This document shows, piece by piece, positions 46,707 to 56,744 of a DNA stretch of 64,000 bases. Location: the NCBI GenBank assembly GCA_036498865.1, contig DASYEU010000015.1, positions 8,918 through 72,917 on the forward strand, given 5' to 3'. The notes beneath the pieces are model-generated. The model ran no database searches. It saw nothing but the letters and a program-made list of their open reading frames with translations, and was not told the DNA's origin. The DNA comes from Acidobacteriaceae bacterium (GTDB lineage: Bacteria > Acidobacteriota > Terriglobia > Terriglobales > Acidobacteriaceae). Both the position numbers and the translations under genes were made by a program. Every line of letters begins with the position of its first letter. Position 1 is the first letter of the stretch.

Positions 46707-47669
46707 TCAGGGGTTGGAAAGGGTGTTGCAGAGGGAGAAGTAGCGACGGGCCTGGGTGACGTCGCGGGCGATCTGGTCGCGGAGGTGCTGGGTGGTGGGG
46801 AAGGGGCGCTCAGCGCGGAGGCGGCGGAGGAAGGTGAGGCGGAGGGGGGTTTTTTCGGCGAGGTCGATGGGGTGGAAGTTGAGCAGGTGGGATTCAACGG
46901 CGAAGGAGTCGGAGCCGAAGGTGGGGCGGTTGCCGACGTTGGTGACGGACTCGAAGATCTCAGCCTGCTCGCCGGCACCGATGGTGAGGGTGGTGACGTA
47001 GACCCCGTGGGCGGGGAGGAGTTCGGAGTATGGCGCAAGGTTGATGGTGGGGACGGCGTACTTGGTGCCGTAGCCGCGGCCGGAGGCAGGTGTGCTATCG
47101 ACGGAGAAGGGCCGGCCGAGGAGGGCGCGAGCGTGGCTGACGTCGCCTGCGCCGAGGAGCTGGCGGATGCGGCTGGAGGAGACGGCGGCTCCCCTGACGG
47201 AGCGTGGCGCGTAGACAATGACGCCGAAGCCGAGTTCGCGGCCGAGGGTTTCGAGGCCCTCGATGCCGGCTTCGGCGTGGTAGCCGAAGCGGAAGTTTTC
47301 GCCCTCGTGCACTTCGGTGGCATGGACGGCGTTGACGAGGACGTCGCGGGCGAACTCGCGGGGATGCATGTGGCGGAGCTCATCGGTGAAGGGGAGGACG
47401 AGAGCTGCGTCGATGCTGGTGGAGGCAAGGAGTTCGAGCTTACGGGGCAGAGGAGTGATAAGGGGCTGCGGCGTGTCGGGGCGGAGGATGCGGGCGGGGT
47501 GCGGGTCGAAGGTGATGGCGAGGGATCGGCCGCCGAGGAAGCGGGCACGCTCGATGACTTCGGCGATGACTCCCTGGTGGCCGAGGTGCACGCCGTCGAA
47601 GTTGCCGATGGTGGCGACGACGGGGGCGGTGGCGGGAGGGAGGTCGGCGAGTTGGCGGTAGACGATCAT
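46707..47669 (-). CDS. ribF: Bifunctional riboflavin kinase / FMN adenylyltransferase
   Basis: VVATIGNFDGVHLGHQGVI, RPTFG, and a C-terminal riboflavin kinase region. Confidence 0.93.
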   Translation of the reverse strand: MIVYRQLADLPPATAPVVATIGNFDGVHLGHQGVIAEVIERARFLGGRSLAITFDPHPARILRPDTPQPLITPLPRKLELLASTSIDAALVLPFTDELRHMHPREFARDVLVNAVHATEVHEGENFRFGYHAEAGIEGLETLGRELGFGVIVYAPRSVRGAAVSSSRIRQLLGAGDVSHARALLGRPFSVDSTPASGRGYGTKYAVPTINLAPYSELLPAHGVYVTTLTIGAGEQAEIFESVTNVGNRPTFGSDSFAVESHLLNFHPIDLAEKTPLRLTFLRRLRAERPFPTTQHLRDQIARDVTQARRYFSLCNTLSNP

Positions 47670-47746
47670 TCAGGGGCCACTATCCAAAGCAAATCGTAGG
47701 GGATACAGAGAAAAAAGAAAGCACAGGTTGAAGGTAAAAAGTCCCC

Positions 47747-48556
47747 TCAGTTGGGACCAGCGATGTTGAAGGTGAGTTGAAGGCCGTCGTAGGCGAGCCG
47801 GATGTGCGGTGGGAGGATGGCGTCGGTGGCGGCGTGGTCGAGGTCGTGGGACATGTGGGTGAAGTAGGCGCGGCGCGGTTGGATCTGCTCGACCAGGGCG
47901 ATGGAGTTGTCCAGCGTGGAGTGGGTGGGGTGAGGCTGACGGCGGAGGGCGTCGAGGATGAGGACGTCGAGGTCCGCGAGAAGCGGGAGGCTTTCCGCGG
48001 GAATTTCGTTGAGGTCGGTGAGATAGGCAGCGGAGCCGAAGCGGTATCCGGTGATGGTGTCGTGGCCGTGGGTGACAGGGATCCGGAGAAACTGCGCGCC
48101 GAAGAGCTCGATGGCTGTGCCGGGCTCGGAGGAGATGCGGTTGAGCGTGACGCGGGCGGAGGTGGGGTAGCGGCGTTCGGTGCGGAAAGTATAGTCGAAG
48201 ACCCGCTCGATGGTGTTTGCGGTGGGCTCGTCGGCATAGAGGGGGAGGGTGCCGGAGTTGTGGAAGCTGAGGGGGCGGAGATCGTCCATGCCGAGGACGT
48301 GGTCGGCGTGTCCGTGGGTGTAGAGGACGGCGTCGAGGCGCTGGATGTTCTCGCGGATGGCCTGGGCGTGGAAGTCCGGGCCGGTGTCAATGAGAACGTG
48401 GTGCGTGTTCCAGGAGACGAGAACGGACGGGCGGGTGCGGCGGTTGCGAGGATCGCCGGCGGGCGAGATGGCTGAGGTGCAGACGTCGCAGTCGCAGCCG
48501 AGGGTCGGGACGCCCATCGATGTTCCCGTTCCGAGAAATGTCAGTGTTGCTTCCAT
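47747..48556 (-). CDS. MBL-fold metallo-hydrolase (PhnP-like)
   Basis: LTFLGTGTSMGVPTLGCDCDVCTS, LYTHGHADHVLGMDDLR. Start ATG 48556 preferred. The ORF-track start 48598 lies inside a repeat hairpin. Confidence 0.8.
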   Translation of the reverse strand: MEATLTFLGTGTSMGVPTLGCDCDVCTSAISPAGDPRNRRTRPSVLVSWNTHHVLIDTGPDFHAQAIRENIQRLDAVLYTHGHADHVLGMDDLRPLSFHNSGTLPLYADEPTANTIERVFDYTFRTERRYPTSARVTLNRISSEPGTAIELFGAQFLRIPVTHGHDTITGYRFGSAAYLTDLNEIPAESLPLLADLDVLILDALRRQPHPTHSTLDNSIALVEQIQPRRAYFTHMSHDLDHAATDAILPPHIRLAYDGLQLTFNIAGPN

Positions 48557-48573
48557 GAGAGAGAAGCTGACCT

Positions 48574-48758
48574 CAGCGGCTAAAAGCCGCTTTTCCAAAC
48601 ATTAGCGTTTATGGCACGGCTGAACCCGTGCCCTTAACCAAGACGTTGGTGCCACTTTGTGCCTTCGCGCCTGAAGCCGCGTTTCTTACCTTAGCGCGTA
48701 GGTCTCGGGTAAACCCGTGCCGTTGAACACAACGTTGCGAGGGACTTTGTGCTTTAGC
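48574..48758. repeat. Two tandem, about 89-bp units of repeat family 3 (linker with CTGAAGCC-type box + unit with GGCACGG-ctgaac-CCGTGCC hairpin)
   Basis: Unit 1 (48602-48690) and unit 2 (48691-48758) align at about 70% by eye: TTAGCGnnTAnnnCnCGGnTnAACCCGTGCCnTTnAnCAnnACGTTGnnnnnACTTTGTGCnTT. Linkers are gcggctaaaagccgctttt and gcgcctgaagccgcgtttc. Unit 2 overlaps the stop of the DUF1844 gene. Confidence 0.65.
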
Positions 48759-49389
48759 GGACGATGCTGGGGCGGCCGGGCGGCGCAGAGCCGGGAGTGC
48801 CAGGTGGCGGCGGCTGGCGATTGGCGGCGGAGCGGGCGAGGGCCTGGGTGACTTCAAGGAAACCCATGCGGACTTCAAAGAGGGCATTGTCCATCATCTG
48901 GGATTCGGCGGGGATGAGGTTGCCCTTGGTTTTCTCGGCGAGGATGGCGAGCATGTCGATGCTCTGGCGGGCACCCATGAGGTCGACCTTGGGGGCCTGG
49001 CCTTCGGGTGTGCCTCCGCCGAGCTGCATGATGGTGGTCATGTAGATGGACTGGATGATCTGCTCGAAGGACATGGGAGGCATGTGGTCCATGCCGGGGT
49101 TGGCGGCGCGGACTGCGGTGTCGAGGCGCTCTGAGGTTTGCTGGTAAGCGGCGTTTGCCTGCTCCATTTCGCTGGCGGTAGGCGGCGGTGGGAGGTCGGG
49201 TTCAGCGGCTGGCTGGGGCTCGGCGGGCGACTTGGACTCAACCGGTGCTTCGGAGGCGGGCGTGGGCGCCGCTTCGGGGATGTCGCGAGATTCGGGCTCG
49301 GGCGAGGGATCTGCGTCGGGACGCGGGGTGCCGTCGAGCGTGAACTTGCGGCGGTCGGTGACGACAAAGGGCTTGTTCTGTTCGGACAT
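48754..49389 (-). CDS. DUF1844-domain protein
   Basis: MSEQNKPFVVTDRRKF ... SFEQIIQSIYMTTIMQLGG...VDLMGARQSIDMLAILAEKTKGNL...ALFEVRMGF. ATG 49389 chosen; alternative GTG at 49395. Confidence 0.8.
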   Translation of the reverse strand: MSEQNKPFVVTDRRKFTLDGTPRPDADPSPEPESRDIPEAAPTPASEAPVESKSPAEPQPAAEPDLPPPPTASEMEQANAAYQQTSERLDTAVRAANPGMDHMPPMSFEQIIQSIYMTTIMQLGGGTPEGQAPKVDLMGARQSIDMLAILAEKTKGNLIPAESQMMDNALFEVRMGFLEVTQALARSAANRQPPPPGTPGSAPPGRPSIVR

Positions 49390-49455
49390 GGTCACACTCT
49401 CTTCTGGGTTCAGGATCAGATTCTGTAGCGGGCGGCAGGATTCAGGGGATCAGCC

Positions 49456-50496
49456 TCAGGAGACGGCAAACGGCAGCGCCGTGGGCGTGGCCGTGCCTCC
49501 GGGATACTCCAGGGAAAGCTTGCGTTCGAGGGCTTCGCGGCGGATGTAGCCGAGAGCGAGTTGGATCGGACCGGCGGCGAGCGGGATGTTGGCGACCGAG
49601 GTGAGCTCGCCAACAGGCTTGTTTTCCGCAGTGAGCGTAGTGCCGGGAGCGGGCAGAGAGCCGGCGAGCGTGAAGCCGGTGAAGGTGCGGTGGACATTGC
49701 CACGGCTGCGGATGCGCTCGACGATCTCCTGGCCGAGGTAGCAGCCCTTGGCGAAGTGCAGGGCGCGGTCCTGGGCGGTCTCCTGCGCGAGATCGTGGGC
49801 GGTGGCAGTGTTGCGGATGTCGGTGCCGTACCGGGGGGTGCCGGAAAGGATGCGGAAGGCTTCGAGGGCTTCGGCGGAGACTTCTAGCCCGACGGAGGAC
49901 TTAAAAGTGCGAAATGTGTGCTCGGCTGACGCGGCCGAATAGAACCAGACTTCGTACGCGGAAATCTGACCGGATGGAGGTGTCAGAATCAAGGTTTCGT
50001 GGCCATTCAATTCAACCTTGAATGCATGACCGCCGAGCGCGGGCAATGGACGATCCGTTGCGCTCAAGAGCGGACGCGAGGCGTCTGGCCCGAGCAAGAT
50101 CATGCCGGTTGGCATCGGAACTGGCGGGGTGAGCTCTACGTCGTCCATGATGATGAACTTGTCGAGATGCTGCTGGATGGCTTCTATCTGTGCTGCGTCT
50201 GTTTCGAGGAGATACGCAGCAGCATCGGCCCCGGGGTCCCGATAGATGGTGCAGTCGCCGAGGATGCGGCCCTGGGCGTTGAGGAGGAAGTTGTAGTTGC
50301 CCTGGCCGGGTTCGAGAGCCTGAATGTTGTTGGTGACCATTCCGTTGAGCCAGCGCGTTGCATCCGAACCTGTGATGCGGAGGAAGGCGCGATCCGTGAT
50401 CGGGGCGACCGCGGCGGCGTGGAGGATGGCAGACAACTGGGCGGCTAAATCCGGGTTGGATATTGAGATAGCGGCGGATTGGAGCGTGGTAGCCAT
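49456..50496 (-). CDS. ygfZ: Folate-binding Fe-S cluster repair protein YgfZ (GcvT-like)
   Basis: Start at MATTLQS (ATG 50496). RITGSDATRWLNGMVTNN, FAKGCYLGQEIVERIRSRG (KGCYxGQE motif). The ORF-track start 51069 is over-extended. Confidence 0.82.
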   Translation of the reverse strand: MATTLQSAAISISNPDLAAQLSAILHAAAVAPITDRAFLRITGSDATRWLNGMVTNNIQALEPGQGNYNFLLNAQGRILGDCTIYRDPGADAAAYLLETDAAQIEAIQQHLDKFIIMDDVELTPPVPMPTGMILLGPDASRPLLSATDRPLPALGGHAFKVELNGHETLILTPPSGQISAYEVWFYSAASAEHTFRTFKSSVGLEVSAEALEAFRILSGTPRYGTDIRNTATAHDLAQETAQDRALHFAKGCYLGQEIVERIRSRGNVHRTFTGFTLAGSLPAPGTTLTAENKPVGELTSVANIPLAAGPIQLALGYIRREALERKLSLEYPGGTATPTALPFAVS

Positions 50497-50551
50497 ATCG
50501 GGCGAGGCGCAAAACTGCGTACACTGTTGATTATAGCGACCGAAACCGGGG

Positions 50552-52258
50552 TTGCGTGGAGGCGGGCGAGTGGGTTTGGCACGGCTGCAAGACGGGTGGT
50601 ACGCAAGCGGCGCGGTGGCGCTGGCCGGAGTGGCGTTGGTGGCGACGGTGGGATGCGGGGCACGGGCGCCGAAGGTTCCACCGGCTCCCCTGGTGCTGCA
50701 CGATGTGACGCCGATTGCTGGGGCTGAACCGTCGATGCGAGTCTCAACCGCGCAGATTACGGCCCAGATTGATCTGAAGCAGGATGACGGGAAGCAGAAG
50801 CAGGACGATGCGAAACATGCGCCGCTGACGAAGGACCAGGCGAAGGAGTTGTTTCGCTCGGTGGACGAGATTCTGTCCTTCGTGAGCACGGATACGAAGT
50901 TGCCGATCAAGCACTCGGTGAAGCGAAGGCTGATCACCCGCGATGAGGTGAACAAGTATCTGCGCGAGAAGTTCGATGAGGATGAGGGTGCGAAACGGCT
51001 GGCGCGGTCGGAGATTGTGCTGAAGAAGTTCGGGCTGATCGATCGCGACTTCGATCTGCGCACGTTCATGATCTCGCTGCTGACCGAGCAGGTGGCAGGG
51101 TTCTACGACAATAAGACGAAGACGGTGAATCTGCTGGACTGGATTGAGCCGGACGAGCAGAAGCCTGTGTTGGCACACGAATTGACGCACGCCTTGCAGG
51201 ACCAGCGAATCGATCTGACGAAGTGGTCGCAGGTGGGATTGGAGGACATCGCGAAGAACGTGCAGGAGGATAACAGCCACATCCAGACGGATGAGGGAGA
51301 CACGGCGCGCGATGCCGTGGCGGAAGGCCAGGCGATGGTGGTGTTTATGGACTACACGCTGCGGCCGACAGGCAAGACCATGGAGAGCGATCCGGGCCTG
51401 ATGGACCGGCTGAAGGACTCGGTGGCCGACACGAGCGGATCGCCGATCCTGGCGAGGGCTCCGCTGCTGCTGCAGAAATCGCTGCTGTTTCCATACAGCG
51501 AAGGGCTGAGTTTTGAAGATGCGGTGTTGGTGAAGGCTGGTCCGGAGGCGGCATTTGGTTCGGTGCTGGCGAATCCGCCGGGGTCGACGTTTGAGATTAT
51601 GCATCCGGCGGCGTACATGGCGCACGTACCGGTTCCGGTGCTACGAATGCCGGATATTCATCCGTTGATTGATGCGGAGTACACGCCGTATGACGTAGGT
51701 GTGATGGGCGAATTCGATGTGCGCATTCTGGCAGAGTTGTTTGGCGGGGAACAGATTGCGACGGCCTTGAGTTCGCAGTGGAACGGCGGCATCTACTATG
51801 CGGCGCAGCGGAAGTCGGCGGTGACGCCCGAGGCGAAGAAATCGACGGCGTCGATTGGACTGCTTTACGAGTCGAAGTGGAAGAATGAGGACTCGGCGCG
51901 TACGTTTGTGCGCGTATACGAGGAAGAACTGCCGCGGAAGTACTCGGGGCTGGTGCGGCGCAAGAAGGACGAGGCAGGCGAGGACGAGCAGGTCTATACG
52001 ACGAGTGAAGGGGATGTGCTGATTTCTATGGATGGCACAGGCGTGTTCGTGAGCGAGGGATTCCCGCTGGCGCTGGCGCGCAAGCTGCGGGACAGCATCG
52101 GCGCGGCACAGTCGAATGGGCCGCTGCAGCTAGCCGGCGCTGAGGAGGACAAAAGGCCGGCAGCGGCAGGGAAGCTCAACGATCCTGGGCTTTCTCTGGT
52201 GCGGATGATGTCCTCGGCGGGAGTGATGAAGGCTGCGCTGGCCGGGGCGGAGAAATAG
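50552..52258 (+). CDS. Secreted (possibly lipoprotein) HExxH zincin-like protein of unknown family
   Basis: N-terminal hydrophobic segment ending [46 protein letters not shown]. Start uncertain: TTG 50552 or GTG 50570. Confidence 0.65.
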   Translation: MRGGGRVGLARLQDGWYASGAVALAGVALVATVGCGARAPKVPPAPLVLHDVTPIAGAEPSMRVSTAQITAQIDLKQDDGKQKQDDAKHAPLTKDQAKELFRSVDEILSFVSTDTKLPIKHSVKRRLITRDEVNKYLREKFDEDEGAKRLARSEIVLKKFGLIDRDFDLRTFMISLLTEQVAGFYDNKTKTVNLLDWIEPDEQKPVLAHELTHALQDQRIDLTKWSQVGLEDIAKNVQEDNSHIQTDEGDTARDAVAEGQAMVVFMDYTLRPTGKTMESDPGLMDRLKDSVADTSGSPILARAPLLLQKSLLFPYSEGLSFEDAVLVKAGPEAAFGSVLANPPGSTFEIMHPAAYMAHVPVPVLRMPDIHPLIDAEYTPYDVGVMGEFDVRILAELFGGEQIATALSSQWNGGIYYAAQRKSAVTPEAKKSTASIGLLYESKWKNEDSARTFVRVYEEELPRKYSGLVRRKKDEAGEDEQVYTTSEGDVLISMDGTGVFVSEGFPLALARKLRDSIGAAQSNGPLQLAGAEEDKRPAAAGKLNDPGLSLVRMMSSAGVMKAALAGAEK

Positions 52259-52316
52259 AGCGCTCCGGGCGATATACTTTAGTGGAGCCTTAGAAACGAT
52301 CGAGACGTACCGGTGC

Positions 52317-53210
52317 GTGCGATACAGGGCCGGAACGGGAGTGGACGACTTGCAGACAGCAGAAATTGGAATCATCGGGGGCAGCGGCCTGTATGCCATG
52401 CCCGGGCTGACGGGTGTGCGAGAACACCGCGTGGAGACTCCGTTTGGAGAGCCGTCGGACGCGTTTATTGTCGGGGAGCTTGAGGGGCGCAAGGTGGCGT
52501 TTCTGGCGCGACACGGGCGGGGACACAAGCTGTTGCCGAGCGAGTTGAATTTCAGAGCGAACATTTACGCGATGAAGGTGCTGGGGGTGGAGCGGATTCT
52601 TTCGGTTTCGGCGGTGGGGTCGCTGAAGGAAGAGCATAAGCCGACGGATTTCGTGATTCCAGACCAGTTCATCGATCGGACGTTTGCGCGGGTGGGGACG
52701 TTCTTTGGCGAGGGGATCGTGGCGCACGTGGGCTTTGGCGATCCAGTGTGCGGGACGGTCGCGGCGGTGCTGGAAGGTGCTTGTGCAGGCGTGGGTGTCG
52801 TGGGGAAGCGCGGCGGCACGTATGTTTGCATGGAAGGGCCACAGTTCTCGACGCGCGCGGAGTCGAATCTGTACCGAAGCTGGGGCGCGGACGTGATCGG
52901 CATGACGAATCTGCAGGAGGCCAAGCTGGCTCGGGAGGCGGAGATTTGCTACGCCACGATGGCCATGGTGACCGACTACGACTGCTGGCGCGAAGGGCAC
53001 GACGATGTGACGATCGACCAGATTGTGGCGGTACTGCACCAGAATGCGGAAAACGCGGCGAAGGTGGTGAAGGCGGCTGTGGCGGCGATGCCGGCAGAGC
53101 GAAGCTGCGCGTGCGCCAGTGCGCTGAAGTATGCGATTCTGACCGATCGCGCTGCGATTCCGGCGGCGGCGAAGGAACGGCTGGGGCTGTTGATCGGCAA
53201 ATATTTGTAA
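52317..53210 (+). CDS. mtnP: S-methyl-5'-thioadenosine phosphorylase
   Basis: [56 protein letters not shown]. Start uncertain: GTG 52317, GTG 52341 or TTG 52350. Confidence 0.9.
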   Translation: MRYRAGTGVDDLQTAEIGIIGGSGLYAMPGLTGVREHRVETPFGEPSDAFIVGELEGRKVAFLARHGRGHKLLPSELNFRANIYAMKVLGVERILSVSAVGSLKEEHKPTDFVIPDQFIDRTFARVGTFFGEGIVAHVGFGDPVCGTVAAVLEGACAGVGVVGKRGGTYVCMEGPQFSTRAESNLYRSWGADVIGMTNLQEAKLAREAEICYATMAMVTDYDCWREGHDDVTIDQIVAVLHQNAENAAKVVKAAVAAMPAERSCACASALKYAILTDRAAIPAAAKERLGLLIGKYL

Positions 53211-53282
53211 CCGTGTTTGGACCTGGATTCCCTGGTTTGTGCGTAATTGAGTTTCATAATCCATATCTGAGAAAGCAGGAGC

Positions 53283-54224
53283 ATGGCAATTCTGGTGGTT
53301 GGATCCGTAGCGTTCGACAGCATTGAGACGCCTCATGGAAAGCGGGCAAAGATTCTCGGCGGTGCGGCGACTCACTTTTCCCTGGCTGCGAGCTACTTTA
53401 CCGATGTGCGCGTGATCGGAGTGGTGGGCGAGGATTTTCTGCCCGAGCACGAGGCGGTGTTCACCAAGCGCGGGATTGACACGCGAGGCATTGAGCGCGC
53501 ATCGGGGCTTACCTTCCACTGGACCGGCGCGTACGCCGGAACTTTGAGCGAGGCGCAGACGCTGGGCACGGACCTGAATGTGTTTGAGCGGTTCGAACCG
53601 AAGATTCCCGCGGCCTACACGGACAGCGAGTACCTGTTTCTGGCGAACATCGACCCGGTTCTGCAGGCGCGCGTGCGCAAAGAGATGAAGAACGTGCGCA
53701 TGGTGTGCGGCGACACGATGAATTACTGGATCAAGGACCACGCGGCGAACCTGGCAAAAGTATTGAAGGAACTGGATGTGCTGTTGATCAACGACGGCGA
53801 GGCTCGGATGCTCTCGGGCGAGACCAACCCAGTGCGCGCGGCTGACAAGGTGCTGGGGATGGGGCCGAAGTCGCTGGTGGTGAAGCATGGCGAATATGGC
53901 GCAACTGGATTCTTCGGAGAGCGCTCGTTCGAAGGAAACGGAGTGCCGAGACCGTTTCGTGCGCCGGCGCTGCCGCTAGCCGAAGTGGTCGATCCGACCG
54001 GCGCCGGCGATTCGTTTGCCGGCGGGTTCTACGGATATCTCGCATCGCAACCGGAACTGACGCCTGCGGTGTTCCGCAAGGCAATGTTCTACGGTGGTGT
54101 GATGGGCTCGTTTGCGTGCGAGCGCTTTGGGACAGAGCGCTTGCAGGCGGTGACGCGCGAGGAGATTAACGCGCGGTTTGAATTGTTCCGGGAGATTTCG
54201 CACCTTGACTCCACGGCCGTCTAA
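53283..54224 (+). CDS. PfkB-family carbohydrate/nucleoside kinase
   Basis: ILVVGSVAFD, LLINDGEA, DPTGAGDSFAGGF. Confidence 0.85.
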   Translation: MAILVVGSVAFDSIETPHGKRAKILGGAATHFSLAASYFTDVRVIGVVGEDFLPEHEAVFTKRGIDTRGIERASGLTFHWTGAYAGTLSEAQTLGTDLNVFERFEPKIPAAYTDSEYLFLANIDPVLQARVRKEMKNVRMVCGDTMNYWIKDHAANLAKVLKELDVLLINDGEARMLSGETNPVRAADKVLGMGPKSLVVKHGEYGATGFFGERSFEGNGVPRPFRAPALPLAEVVDPTGAGDSFAGGFYGYLASQPELTPAVFRKAMFYGGVMGSFACERFGTERLQAVTREEINARFELFREISHLDSTAV

Positions 54225-54237
54225 GCCGGGTCGTACC

Positions 54238-55983
54238 ATGACTGCTCCCCACCGGCCGCTGATTCTGGGACGTACTCGATCCACGGCGGCCCCCGCTGTC
54301 TCCGATCCGAATGTGGTGGGCCCTCCGACCCGCGAGGAGATGACGCAGGTCGTGTTGGCTGCGGTGCTGCTTGGGTTCGTGTCGCTGATCGTGTGCTTCA
54401 GCAAGGGGTACGTGCTGCTGTATGGCGATGCGGTTGCCCATCTGGGCATCGCGCGGCGGATTCTGGATACACGCAATCCGGGGCTGGTGCAGTTGGGCGG
54501 CGTGTGGCTGCCGTTGCCGCACCTGCTGATGCTGCCGTTTGTGCAGCGCATAGTGTGGTGGCAAAGCGGGCTAGCGGGTGCGTGGCCGTCGATCGCGTTT
54601 TACATTGCAGGAGGAGCAGGATTTTACCGGCTGTGCCGGAGGATGCTGGTGCCACGCTGGGCGCTTCTGGCGACGGCATTCTATGGGCTGAATCCGAATC
54701 TGCTGTATCTCTCGACCACGGCGATGACGGAGCCGCTTTTCCTGGGGCTTCTGATATGGATGACGTTGTTGACGATGGAATGCGTCGACGCGATTCGCGC
54801 GGCCGAACACGAACGCGTCGCTCGGCGGATGGTCTGGCTGGGGGTTCTGATTTTCGCGGCGGTGTTTACGCGGTACGACGGCTGGGTGCTGGGCGCGGCG
54901 ATCTGGTGCGTTGTGACGTGGCAGTTGATACGTGCGCGCGACTTGTGGCGGCGGGTGGTGCCATCGTTTGCAGTATTTACGTTGCTGGCAGTGAGTGGGC
55001 CGGTGCTGTGGCTGTGGTACAACCAGCACTTCTATCACGATCCGCTGGACTTCATGCGCGGGCCGTATTCGGCTCCGGCGATCGAGAAGAAGACGTCGCC
55101 TCCGGGCTCTCGGCACTATCGCGGATGGCACAATCCGGGGTGGGCGCTGCTGTTCTACACGCGCACAGCGCAGGTGGATGCGGCGGTGTGGGAGACGGGC
55201 TTTGCCGTGATGTCTGCCGCGCTGGCCGGGTTCTGGATTGCGGTGCGTAAGCGGATGGCGCTGGCGTCTCTGCTGCTGTGGGTGCCGCTGGCGTTTTATG
55301 TCTACTCGGTGGCGTACGGGTCCGTGCCGATCTTTATTCCGCAGCTGTGGCCGCACTCGTACTACAACGCGCGATATGGGATGGAGTTGCTGCCCGCGCT
55401 GGCCCTGTTCGTATGCGTAACGGCTGCGGCGGTGGAGCCTGCCGCGAGGGCCAGCGGGCTGCGAGTTATGTATTCGGCAGCGGCGGTGCTGGTGATCATC
55501 AATCCGGTGGCCATGATTTATAGCACGGACGCGGTGCAGAAGGTCGCCAGTCTAATCGAGCGGCATCCGAGCCACCTGATGGCGATTTACAGTCCTCCGC
55601 TGGTACTGAAAGAAGCGGTGGTGAACGCGTCTACACGCGTTCCGTTCGAGCAGAATCTGGCGTTGGTGCTGGAGCAGTTTCCGCCGGGTGCGCCGATTCT
55701 GATGGCGGAGTCGGACCACATCGGGGCGCTGCAGGATGCGGGGATTCCGCTGAAGCAGACGATCAACGAGAGCGACTACGATAGTTGGCACGCAGCGTTG
55801 GAGGATCCAGCGGGTAAAGCTGCGTACGTGGTGGCGATGGCCGGCGACCCGGTGTCGAAGGCGGTAGCCGCGCATCCGGAGGGCCTGCAGGAGATGAGTA
55901 TTCTATGCACGACGGGTCAGCCGTGCGCGCGGATTTACCAGTCGGAACGCTACTCCACCCAGGGCGTTCCGGCGCAGAAGTGA
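54238..55983 (+). CDS. Polytopic membrane protein, putative GT-C (ArnT/PMT-like) glycosyltransferase
   Basis: Start at MTAPHRP (ATG 54238). At least 10 hydrophobic helices, early loop LLYGDAVAHLGIARRILD, and a large C-terminal soluble domain. The family call is tentative. Confidence 0.55.
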   Translation: MTAPHRPLILGRTRSTAAPAVSDPNVVGPPTREEMTQVVLAAVLLGFVSLIVCFSKGYVLLYGDAVAHLGIARRILDTRNPGLVQLGGVWLPLPHLLMLPFVQRIVWWQSGLAGAWPSIAFYIAGGAGFYRLCRRMLVPRWALLATAFYGLNPNLLYLSTTAMTEPLFLGLLIWMTLLTMECVDAIRAAEHERVARRMVWLGVLIFAAVFTRYDGWVLGAAIWCVVTWQLIRARDLWRRVVPSFAVFTLLAVSGPVLWLWYNQHFYHDPLDFMRGPYSAPAIEKKTSPPGSRHYRGWHNPGWALLFYTRTAQVDAAVWETGFAVMSAALAGFWIAVRKRMALASLLLWVPLAFYVYSVAYGSVPIFIPQLWPHSYYNARYGMELLPALALFVCVTAAAVEPAARASGLRVMYSAAAVLVIINPVAMIYSTDAVQKVASLIERHPSHLMAIYSPPLVLKEAVVNASTRVPFEQNLALVLEQFPPGAPILMAESDHIGALQDAGIPLKQTINESDYDSWHAALEDPAGKAAYVVAMAGDPVSKAVAAHPEGLQEMSILCTTGQPCARIYQSERYSTQGVPAQK

Positions 55984-56032
55984 CCGGCCGCGAGGGCGGA
56001 GTGCTACCATCGCAGCGAAGCACGATTCGATC

Positions 56033-56737
56033 ATGTTAGTGACTTTACCGACCCACTTTTCGGCGATTGAGCAGATGGCGTTCTGGCAGGGCACGACGAC
56101 GCGCCTGTTGATGGCGTGTGCGATGGGTGCTGCAATCGGGCTCGAGCGCGAGTCGCGTCATAAGGCTTCCGGACTGCGCACGAACATGCTGATCTGCATG
56201 GGCGCGGCTCTGTTCACGATGATGTCGGAGGTGCTGGCCGGGCCCGGAAATCCCAACAAAGGGCAGGTGGCGTCGAATATTGTTCAGGGCATTGGGTTCC
56301 TGGGCGCGGGTCTGATTATGCATACGCGCAACCGGGTGCTAGGGCTGACGAGTGCAGCGACGGTGTGGGTGGTGGCCGCGGTGGGAATGTCCTGCGGAGC
56401 TGGGTTGTATCTGGAGGCGGCGATCGCGACGCTGATCATCTTCTCGGCGCTGCGGTTCGTTGGAGTGCTGGAATCGCGGTCGGAATGGAAGCGCTACCCG
56501 ATGCTGTACGAAGTGCGGGGAAGCGATGACAAATTGATGTTCGGGCAAATTCTAACAGTGCTGGATAAAGAGCATCTGCGGCTGAACATCGTGGAGCGAG
56601 ACAAGGTGGGAGAACTGGCGCGGGTCACGTTTACTATCTCGGCAAGTGATGCGCGGCATCGGCGGTTGCTGGCGGAGCTGACGGCGGGCAACGCAACCGA
56701 GACAGTGTTGTCCTTCCGCGATGAGGAAGAGGACTGA
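56033..56737 (+). CDS. MgtC/SapB-family membrane protein
   Basis: AIGLERESRHKASGLRTNMLICMGAALF, GIGFLGAGLI, and a C-terminal soluble domain. Confidence 0.85.
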   Translation: MLVTLPTHFSAIEQMAFWQGTTTRLLMACAMGAAIGLERESRHKASGLRTNMLICMGAALFTMMSEVLAGPGNPNKGQVASNIVQGIGFLGAGLIMHTRNRVLGLTSAATVWVVAAVGMSCGAGLYLEAAIATLIIFSALRFVGVLESRSEWKRYPMLYEVRGSDDKLMFGQILTVLDKEHLRLNIVERDKVGELARVTFTISASDARHRRLLAELTAGNATETVLSFRDEEED

Positions 56738-56744
56738 GCAGGTG

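Noticed and set aside
48574-48758. Possible CRISPR array, because of regularly spaced hairpin repeats.
   Set aside because: There are only two diverged units of about 66 nt with conserved, spacer-unlike linkers of about 25 nt. The repeats are not identical and no cas genes are in the window. A dispersed REP-like tandem explains it better.
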